Assembly (NCBI GenBank): GCA_011364975.1
Contig: RDOE01000063.1
Location: forward strand, 1 to 18,693
From: Promethearchaeota archaeon
GTDB lineage: Archaea; Asgardarchaeota; Lokiarchaeia; Sigyniarchaeales; SOKP01
Direction of reading: 5' to 3'
DNA: 18,693 bases
This document shows, piece by piece, positions 1-7,639 of this stretch; position 1 is the stretch's first letter, and each line of letters starts with the position of its first letter. The position numbers and the translations under genes are program-made. Below the pieces are notes generated by a model. That model was not told the DNA's origin. It did not search any database and saw nothing but the letters and a program-made list of their open reading frames with translations.

Positions 1-1204
1 AGGTGATTATCAATAGATTATCTTTTTGGAAAGATATCTTTAGTTTTTGATAAACTTCAAAATTAGATATCTTGTTTTGGTGTGAAGATAAAATTTTAAC
101 TATATTATAAGTAATTTGGTTTCGTAGTTCTCTTGGAAAAACTCTTATTTCTCCGTTTTTGATTTTACCAATTCGAAATTTAGGATAGTGACGTATCCAA
201 TTATTATAATCTTGCTTTGTTTCAATAAAATAACGATGAATATGTTTGGAAATAGTCTGTCGATACGGAATAACCATCTCTCCGTGATCAATCAGAAATT
301 CAACAATTCTTTTCGCAGATCTCAAATTTTCATAAAGACTTTTTAATTCTTCTGCTTTTTGGTGGTTGTACATAAATTTTTCGAGAGTTAATACCTTTGT
401 TATCATTCTATTTACTTTATCTGAATCTATTCTAATTTTAAGGAGCTCTTCACATAATTTTTTTAAAAAGAATGTATTATCTTTTGAGAATCTAAATTGG
501 GTTTGATTAGAGGATTTAAGATATTCCTCTATCTTTCTCTTTATTTCGAATTTTAAGGGACTCGGGGAGTTTAAATGAATCAACCTTAAAGCGATCCATT
601 TTCTCCTATAGGGTTCTTTTAGTTTTTCTGGTTGTACAATTTTAATAAATTTCTCTATTTCCTCTTTCTTTGCAATAACTACACGCCAAGAGTTCTTTTT
701 TATACTGAACTTCAATCTTGGTGATGGTGTTATTCCAAGCTTCAAACACATATTAAAAAAATCTTTAACTAATGGTTTTGAACAGTTGCTAAAACTTAGG
801 CGTAAGTCTTTAGGACTATCAATTGCTATACTCCCATCTGTATCAAAAAGACCTTTTAGACAAAATTTAATCAACTCATGATCATTAAAAACTAGATCTG
901 GAACTTTTATTTGATTGATTGTTTTTCTTCCAGCTTTTAATCCTAATTCTATCAGATGTAGTGTTAATTCTTTATTATAATATCTGAGACTAATTGCTTT
1001 TCCATGTTGATTAACTGTCTTTATAGGCTTTTGAAATACATCTTCCATTAATTCTTTTACATGTAAAACATAATTCGGTTCATCAATTTGATTTAATGAG
1101 ATATCTATTTGATACTGCCATTTTTCGTCATTTTTATAAATATTTCCATCGCCCAATAAAATACCTATAATTTCTGCTAAACTAGGATTTATGTCAATCT
1201 GCAT
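1..1204 (-). CDS. Free-standing two-motif LAGLIDADG (DOD/intein-type) homing endonuclease with long C-terminal extension; 3' end runs off the window
   Basis: Not in the ORF track. Manual translation from the ATG at 1204 gives 401 codons with no stop before base 1: MQIDINPSLAEIIGILLGDGNIY...GRKTINQIKVP...FCLKGLFDTDGSI... Motif 1 is LAEIIGILLGDG (aa 9-20) and motif 2 is CLKGLFDTDG (aa 115-124), with typical ~100-aa spacing. Confidence 0.88.
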   Translation of the reverse strand, partial: MQIDINPSLAEIIGILLGDGNIYKNDEKWQYQIDISLNQIDEPNYVLHVKELMEDVFQKPIKTVNQHGKAISLRYYNKELTLHLIELGLKAGRKTINQIKVPDLVFNDHELIKFCLKGLFDTDGSIAIDSPKDLRLSFSNCSKPLVKDFFNMCLKLGITPSPRLKFSIKKNSWRVVIAKKEEIEKFIKIVQPEKLKEPYRRKWIALRLIHLNSPSPLKFEIKRKIEEYLKSSNQTQFRFSKDNTFFLKKLCEELLKIRIDSDKVNRMITKVLTLEKFMYNHQKAEELKSLYENLRSAKRIVEFLIDHGEMVIPYRQTISKHIHRYFIETKQDYNNWIRHYPKFRIGKIKNGEIRVFPRELRNQITYNIVKILSSHQNKISNFEVYQKLKISFQKDNLLIIT

Positions 1205-1432
1205 CTATGATAATATGGTAAATAAAAATTAATTAAATTAACAGAGTTAGTAGAATTTTCATAAATGGTAAAATGCAATTCGTAATCAAAACATGGTTAT
1301 ATTTTTAAAGCCACAAATATTAGTACTAGTTTATTATTTTATTCTAAACCATGTATATTAAGAAAAAATATACGGTTTAAAAGGAGTTAAATATTTTATA
1401 GTAGTAAAAAAATTGATTTTTCGTGATCTACT

Positions 1433-2239
1433 CTGAAAATTTTCGTTTGTATTAAGCAAGTTCCGGGAGTTTCTGAAGTAAGAATTGATCCTAAAACAAA
1501 TACCTTAGTGAGACAAGGTATTCCTTCAGTGGTGAATTCTCATGACAAGCATGCGGTAGAGTTAGCATTACAAATTAAGGAAAAACACGGAGGAGAAGTA
1601 TTAGCAATAAGTATGGGACCCCCTCAAGCAGAAGAAGCATTACGCGAAGTGTTAGCTATGGGCGCAGATAAAGGTTACCTTTTAACAGATAGAGCATTTG
1701 CGGGTGCTGACACATTAGCAACATCTCATACTTTAGCTCTTGCAGTAAAAAAGTTATTAAGGGATTCTGGGGAGAAGGAAAACTACATTGTTATCTGTGG
1801 AGTACAAGCGTTTGACGGTGATACTGCTCAAGTTCCTCCTGAAATGGCAGAAGAATTAGGTATTCCCCAAATAACTTATGTTTTAAATTTTGAGTTAAAA
1901 GGAAATAAAGTAATTATAGAACGAGCTTTTAGAAAAGAGGAACTTGTCGTTATTGAGACAAAGCTCCCTGTTTTAGTCTCGGTTGTTAAAGAAATTAATA
2001 AACCAAGACATCCTTCCATGCAAGGTATTGTTGATGCATATCAAAAAAAACAAGTTATTTCTTATAATGCTAAAGATCTACAAGCTCAAAAATCTCAAAT
2101 TGGATTAGATGGATCCATGACAGAAGTATGGAAAATATTTATCCCTGAAAGAAAAGGAGAGCATATTATATTAAGTGGTTCGAATGATGAGGTTGCTCGA
2201 GAATTGGCTAAAAATTTAAAAGATGATAAAATTATCTGA
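1433..2239 (+). CDS. etfB: Electron transfer flavoprotein beta subunit (EtfB/FixA), probable CTG start at 1433
   Basis: Motifs SMGPPQA, LTDRAFAGADTLATS and DGDTAQV. The frame extends 25 codons upstream of the track's GTG (1508) as (L/M)KIFVCIKQVPGVSEVRIDPKTNTLVR, which is the canonical EtfB N-terminus. It is bounded by an in-frame TGA at 1424-1426. Confidence 0.93.
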   Translation: MKIFVCIKQVPGVSEVRIDPKTNTLVRQGIPSVVNSHDKHAVELALQIKEKHGGEVLAISMGPPQAEEALREVLAMGADKGYLLTDRAFAGADTLATSHTLALAVKKLLRDSGEKENYIVICGVQAFDGDTAQVPPEMAEELGIPQITYVLNFELKGNKVIIERAFRKEELVVIETKLPVLVSVVKEINKPRHPSMQGIVDAYQKKQVISYNAKDLQAQKSQIGLDGSMTEVWKIFIPERKGEHIILSGSNDEVARELAKNLKDDKII

Positions 2240-2251
2240 AAGGTGTAAATT

Positions 2252-3448
2252 TTGAGTATAAGGATAGATGGAGAATTATGTACTGCCTGCGAATCATGCA
2301 TAAATGCATGCCCATATGGTGGAATAGAAATTATTGAAGGGGCAGCAGTTATAACAGGAGAATGCAATTTATGCGGTGCGTGTGTCGATGTATGCCCTAT
2401 AGAAGCAATAATACTGGAGCGCGCTGAATACGTAGATAACGTTGATAAAGCGAAGTATCAAGGAGTTTGGGTTATTGCAGAGCATTATAAAAAGGAATTC
2501 CCTAGGGTCGTCTATCAACTTGTAGGAAAAGGGCGAGAACTTGCCGATACATTGAATACAGAACTGTCAGTAATTATTTTAGGAGATAAGCTTGAAGAAA
2601 AACTGGATGAGTTTGGAGAGTACGGAGTAGATGAGGTTGTTTATGTAAGATCTCCAATTTTAAAAAATTATTATTCCGATTTATATGTTAACGTTTTATC
2701 AGAATTAATATCTCAGAATAAACCAGAAATAATATTAATAGGAGCTACGCCTACAGGGAGAGATTTTGCACCTAGAGTAGCAAAAAGGTTGAAAGCAGGT
2801 CTTACAGCAGATTGTACAGGCTTATATATTGAGGACAATACAAGGAATTTAATGCAAACAAGACCAACATTTGGTGGGAATTTAATGGCGACAATTAGAA
2901 CTCCAACAAGCAGACCTCAAATGGCAACTGTAAGACCAGGTATTTTTAAAGCAAAAAAATCGCTTAAAAAAGCACCTAAAATCAGAATTTTGGAAAAGAA
3001 GTTTACCGAAAGAGATTCTGTTACCAAGATTTTAAAAATCATTGAAAAAGAACAACAAACTATTAATCTTGAGGATGCGGAGATAATTGTAGCGGGCGGT
3101 AGAGGTGTTGGTTCAAAAGAAGGATTTGAGTTAATCAGAGAACTAGCAAGTGTTCTTGGTGCGGAACTGGGAGGTTCTAGAGTTACAATCGAACTGAATT
3201 GGTTGAGTCAAGATAGACAAGTAGGACAAACTGGAAAAACCGTTTCTCCAAAATTATATATTGCTTGTGGTATTTCAGGAGCAATACAGCATTTAGTTGG
3301 AATGGAAAATTCCCAAATTATCATTGCAATCAATAAAGATCCACATGCACCTATCTTTTCTGTTGCTCACTATGGAATTGTTGGTGATTTGCATCAAGTC
3401 ATTCCCGCTCTTATAGATGAAATTAAAAAAGTTAAAGCGGAAGACTAA
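2252..3448 (+). CDS. etfA: Electron transfer flavoprotein alpha subunit (EtfA/FixB) with N-terminal 2x[4Fe-4S] ferredoxin domain
   Basis: Two CxxCxxCxxxCP motifs (CTACESCINACP, CNLCGACVDVCP), followed by GLTADCT, TRPTFGG, RPQMATVRPG, GGRG, QVGQTGKTV, GISGAIQHLVGM and AINKD. TTG start 12 nt after the etfB stop. Confidence 0.95.
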   Translation: MSIRIDGELCTACESCINACPYGGIEIIEGAAVITGECNLCGACVDVCPIEAIILERAEYVDNVDKAKYQGVWVIAEHYKKEFPRVVYQLVGKGRELADTLNTELSVIILGDKLEEKLDEFGEYGVDEVVYVRSPILKNYYSDLYVNVLSELISQNKPEIILIGATPTGRDFAPRVAKRLKAGLTADCTGLYIEDNTRNLMQTRPTFGGNLMATIRTPTSRPQMATVRPGIFKAKKSLKKAPKIRILEKKFTERDSVTKILKIIEKEQQTINLEDAEIIVAGGRGVGSKEGFELIRELASVLGAELGGSRVTIELNWLSQDRQVGQTGKTVSPKLYIACGISGAIQHLVGMENSQIIIAINKDPHAPIFSVAHYGIVGDLHQVIPALIDEIKKVKAED

Positions 3449-3492
3449 ATAAAATAAAAAAGAAAGAAAAAATTGAGTTAATTATTTTCAAG

Positions 3493-4284
3493 TTAGACTT
3501 TATCTAAACGCCCACCATTTATTCCTATAATCTCACCATTCATAAACCACGCATCTTCACTACATAGAAAAAGGATTACTTGAGATACATATTTTGGTTC
3601 TCCAATCCCTAATGGAATTCTTCCAGAGTAATACTTTCTCCATTTACCATCTTCTTTACTTAACAAATCGCTTAAAATTGGAGTTTCAATCAGAGTAGGC
3701 ATAATAGCATGAGTTCGAACATTATACCTTATTAATTCTAATCCTGCAGTCTTTACCATCCCAAGCATTCCTGCTTTCGCAGCCGAATAGTTTAATTGAC
3801 CTATATTTCCCTCTGCTGCTTGACTGCTAATAGTAATTACTCTTCTATCAGGATAATCTGCTACATTTTCCTTTGGATTAACCCTACAATAATCAATCCA
3901 CCGTTTAGCACAAGCTTGTAAATTCAAGAAAAATCCTTTAAGATGAGTGTTTATGACGTCATCCCAGTTTTCTTCTGGTAATTTGTGGATCATTCCATCT
4001 TTTAAGATGCCTGCTGAATGGATTAAAAAATCTATGGTGCCATATTTTTCAAAAGCAGTTTTTACCCCATTTTCTACAGAATCTGCTTTTCTCACATCAC
4101 CATAAAAATAAAATACTTCTCCTCCTGCATTTTTGATTTCATTTTCTACTCGAATTCCATTTTCTTTATCAAAATCAAAAATGACTACTTTAGCGCCTTC
4201 AGCTGCGAATTCTTTGGCTGCTTTTTCTCCTAAACCGGATGCTCCGCCAGTAATATAAGCAACTTTACCTTTAAATCGATCCAA
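3493..4284 (-). CDS. Classical short-chain dehydrogenase/reductase (FabG-like 3-oxoacyl/3-hydroxyacyl-CoA oxidoreductase)
   Basis: TGGASGLG nucleotide-binding motif, HSAGILKD, catalytic Ser (ISS) and YSAAK, and C-terminal NGG. The acidic residue after beta-2 (VIFD) suggests NAD(H) preference. Confidence 0.9.
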   Translation of the reverse strand: MDRFKGKVAYITGGASGLGEKAAKEFAAEGAKVVIFDFDKENGIRVENEIKNAGGEVFYFYGDVRKADSVENGVKTAFEKYGTIDFLIHSAGILKDGMIHKLPEENWDDVINTHLKGFFLNLQACAKRWIDYCRVNPKENVADYPDRRVITISSQAAEGNIGQLNYSAAKAGMLGMVKTAGLELIRYNVRTHAIMPTLIETPILSDLLSKEDGKWRKYYSGRIPLGIGEPKYVSQVILFLCSEDAWFMNGEIIGINGGRLDKV

Positions 4285-5178
4285 ATTTCTCGACCTCTAA
4301 TAATTATATTTAATTTATTATTAATTTCTATTACATAAAAATTTTTTATACCTTTCATAACTAAATTCAAATAGGATCTAAATTCATTCTATATTGACCG
4401 AGAGTTATAAGTATTGGCAATAGTTATCCAAAATAGTAAAAAATTAATTAGAATTTGAAAGCCATCTAATCTTTATTTATTTCTGTTATAGGCGATGATA
4501 AATACCTAATCTTATCTTTCTTTTGATGAAATAGAACAATAAAGGACAAATAAGATCAAAAAATGAAAGAATTATTTATGAGGGAATTAAAAAAAAAGAG
4601 TAATGGAATGCTTTATTATTTAATGCCGATAAATTTCGTGGAGGAATAAATTATTGGCTAAAATAGAAAACATTCCACTACAAAATAGAAAATTAAAATT
4701 TTCTATCATTAATAAGATCACGCCCATATAAAAATTTTTCGTAAAAATTCGTCAATTTAATAAACACTGAAATAGAATATTCAATAAAGTAGAATGGTTT
4801 AATGTTATTTGAAATATCATCTCTATAATATCTCTATTTGAAATACACTCTATTCAATAATTTATTCTAAAAATCAATAAATAGTTTAATGATGTAGGTT
4901 TACTCTAAGAGTTTAAAATAGTAGCTAATATGGCTCATAAATTTAATAGAAAAAAAAAATTTTTCTTCTAATTCATGGGACATAAGTGAATAATTTTGAA
5001 AAATCTTAACCCGATTTCTTTTCTAAATTTTCGATCGATAAGTGGGTATCATTATAAGTAAAAATTTTATTAAGATCTTAATAAGGAAGAAGATTGATTA
5101 AAATTAAGCAAAGAAGAAACCTGTTAACATTTTGTTCCCTTAGGAGAGATAAATTCAATAATGTAATCTAATTTGAGA

Positions 5179-6752
5179 TTAAAAACGTTTTCCTAAAACT
5201 TGTTGCACTGCATTTCTTGCTCCAAGAGGTGTACCTGCTATTCCACCCCCAGATTCACTATATGCCCCAATAAACCATAAATTCTCAATTGGTGTTTTGT
5301 GAGGAGGATTTTTTTGCCCAATTATTGGTGCCAACCCTCCAAAACTATGACGAACTACATTTATGCGAGACTTGAAATCATCAGGAGTAAGGATTAATTT
5401 TGTTATTATGTGATCTCTCAAACCTGGAATATACTTTTCGGCTTCAATTAATAATCCTTCACTAAATTCTTCCTTTTTATCTGACCAGTTTCAATTAATA
5501 ACCTTTCACTAAATTCTTCCTTCTTATCTGACCAGTTTCCGTTTTTAAGCTCATGAGGGGCAATTGTGTATATGGTAACAGCATGTTTTTCCTTAGGAGC
5601 CATTTCAGGGCTGTGCATTGAAGGAATATAGATCAGAAACCCATCTTTCCCTTCGTGATAATTACCTTTTAAACAGTTATCAATTCCACCTTCAATATCA
5701 TAAGTACCATAGTAATAGCATAAGGGTTTTCTTTGATACTGTGAAGGATCAAAATCAATTCCAATATTTACAAAAAAAACTGATTCCATATAACTTAAAT
5801 TTTCTATATTTTCAATAAAATCTTTTGGTAGGTAATCTTGGCCAACCAAATTATAAAAAGTGTTTAATACTCCACCACTAGCGATTATTATATCTGATTC
5901 TTCAATGGTTTCATCCTCTAATTGAACAGCTACAGCTTTACCTTCTTTTATTATAATTTTAATGATTTTACTATCTGGAAAGATTCTTCCTCCATTATTC
6001 GTAATATAATCAACAAATGCTTTTACTAATTGTTCACATCCATTTCTGATGAAATGATAAGTGGGGTATTTTCCACCTTTAAATTCTATAGGAATTCTTT
6101 TTTCAAATGCAGTTTCAACGTTAAAACTAGGAATTCCTAATCCAAAAAATTGGCTTGGTCTTACGACCAAATCAGCTAATATACTTAAAAATACTGCTTT
6201 AAGTTTTTCTTCTTTAAAGAAAAAGTCCATTACTTGAGAGGCACTCCAATTGCTATATTTCTTAACTCTTAAGAACTTTAACAATAATTTTAACTTGAGA
6301 ATAAATGCTTTCAATCCTTTTGTAAAAGGTAATTGATTTCCAATATACATTATTGACATCATTCTATCATAAAATTTATAATATTGATTGAGTCCTTCAT
6401 TCTCAAATGGAAACATTTTTTTAAAGAATTCCCTTCTCCAATAAGGCCCCTCATATTCTTTAGGGTGCCATATTTGAAAATCAGGAAGAACTTGTCCTCT
6501 GTCATCATTTATAAGCTGAATCTTTTCAGATAGGCCTAATTCGGTCAAAATTTTACCAAGCTTTTCATGAGGTGCAAATCCTTCTAAAAGTAATGGGCCC
6601 ATATCCCATGAAAATCCATCCTGATGAATCGTTGCTGTTACTCCGCCTAATTCAGAGAATTGTTCATATATAATCACATTATGGCCCTCTCTAACCAGAT
6701 AAGCTGCAGCTGTTAAACCCGCAATTCCAGAACCAATTACAATTACTTTCAT
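5179..6752 (-). pseudogene. Phytoene desaturase (CrtI)-family FAD-dependent oxidoreductase, frameshifted by an internal 47-bp tandem duplication (track ORFs 5448..6752 and 5179..5421 are one gene)
   Basis: N-terminus has VIGSGIAGLTAA...EQ...GG...GFSWDMGP, with PSMHSPEMAP later. The downstream fragment continues EAEKYIPGLRDHI...LTPDDF...HKTPIENLWFIG...GGGIAG, a typical CrtI-family C-terminus. Removing one repeat unit gives 1527 nt, or 508 aa in one frame. The substrate cannot be determined from sequence. Confidence 0.85.
5443..5536. repeat. Tandem duplication, 2 x 47 bp, 3 mismatches
   Basis: 5443-5489 TTCAATTAATAATCCTTCACTAAATTCTTCCTTTTTATCTGACCAGT versus 5490-5536 TTCAATTAATAACCTTTCACTAAATTCTTCCTTCTTATCTGACCAGT, followed by TTC microhomology at 5537-5539. 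Confidence 0.95.
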
Positions 6753-6983
6753 AATTTGATAATACTTTTATTTCTAATTAAACGGGTACTTTCTTAAATT
6801 ATTTGAAGTTTATATTTATTTTTATTTAGGAATCCATTAAGAAATTCATGAGTTACTCACATATTTGAAATTATAGATAAATTGAAATATATTTCAGTAA
6901 CACTATCTTTTTAATTAAGCTAGGTTCAATAATAAGTTAAAAAAATGAATAAATTATCAAAAGTTTGTTAAGGTGAATTTAAA

Positions 6984-7490
6984 ATGGATAAAAAAGTTGA
7001 ATATGTTCCATTTGTTGGCACTGTTGAGGATTATCTTTGCAGATCACCTTGGGATTTCTATAGCTGGGGTCATATTGCATTAGGAATTGCGTCGTTTTCG
7101 CTTCTTTCATTGATGATAACCATTACAGAAGCATTGATTGGTCCGGCAATTATTGCATGGTGGTTTATATTGTTATTAACTTTTTCAGTTGGGGTTATTT
7201 GGGAAATACTTGAAAATACGGTAATCCTTTGGTGGGGTTGGAGACCACATAATAGAAGAGATACTTTTGTGAATGCGTTTTGGGATATAATTTTTGTAAC
7301 TTGTGGTGGTGCATTCACTTGGTTATTAAAGTGGATTATAAAAGATTTAATTTCATTAGCAGGAAGATACTTCTATATAACAGCATTAACCTTTTTTGTT
7401 CTAGTAATGGTAGCATACTTTATAGGATTCTATATAACAAATAAAAACACTAAAAAAGCACGAGAAGAGCACCACAAGATAATAAGTTAA
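6984..7490 (+). CDS. Integral membrane protein, DUF2585-like (putative intramembrane metal-binding hydrolase)
   Basis: Four hydrophobic segments carrying the pattern WDFYSWGH...WEILENT...RDTFVNAFWD (D..H, WE..EN, D...N...D). The family assignment is from memory of this pattern. Confidence 0.6.
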   Translation: MDKKVEYVPFVGTVEDYLCRSPWDFYSWGHIALGIASFSLLSLMITITEALIGPAIIAWWFILLLTFSVGVIWEILENTVILWWGWRPHNRRDTFVNAFWDIIFVTCGGAFTWLLKWIIKDLISLAGRYFYITALTFFVLVMVAYFIGFYITNKNTKKAREEHHKIIS

Positions 7491-7500
7491 ATTAATAACA

Positions 7501-7512
7501 TCTTTCTTTTTT
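7501..7512 (+). terminator. Possible oligo-T archaeal terminator after the DUF2585-like gene
   Basis: TCTTTCTTTTTT begins 11 nt after the stop at 7490. This is a weak signal in AT-rich DNA. Confidence 0.3.
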
Positions 7513-7639
7513 ATCTAATTTCTTATTAACGATTTCAACCATTCTAAATGGGACGTTATACCCATTATAATCAATCACGAATAAATTAATTAAAATATCG
7601 AAACTAATTAAAATTATATAATTAAATACAATTAGATTT

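Noticed and set aside
3845-3905. Extra loop in the SDR (WIDYCRVNPKENVADYPD) with an RNA hairpin, as a possible in-frame intron
   Set aside because: A ~10-bp hairpin exists, but there is no 4-bp helix with two 3-nt bulges and no stop or frameshift. It is best read as a protein loop insertion.
4563-4731. Two tiny + strand ORFs (4563..4649, 28 aa; 4654..4731, 25 aa after GGAGG)
   Set aside because: Too short, no recognisable motif, and expected by chance.
4800-4860. CRISPR array or mini-array
   Set aside because: Only two 11-bp AT-rich copies, with no repeat-spacer periodicity and no cas genes. No tRNA, rRNA or transposase was recognised anywhere in the window.
5443-5539. Second BHB intron formed by the 47-bp duplication
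   Set aside because: I tested the self-complementary 4-mers at 47-nt offset on the coding strand (AAUU, UUAA, GGUC). None gives convincing flanking helices on both sides. The best, AAUU-GAA, has a weak intron helix and essentially no exon helix.
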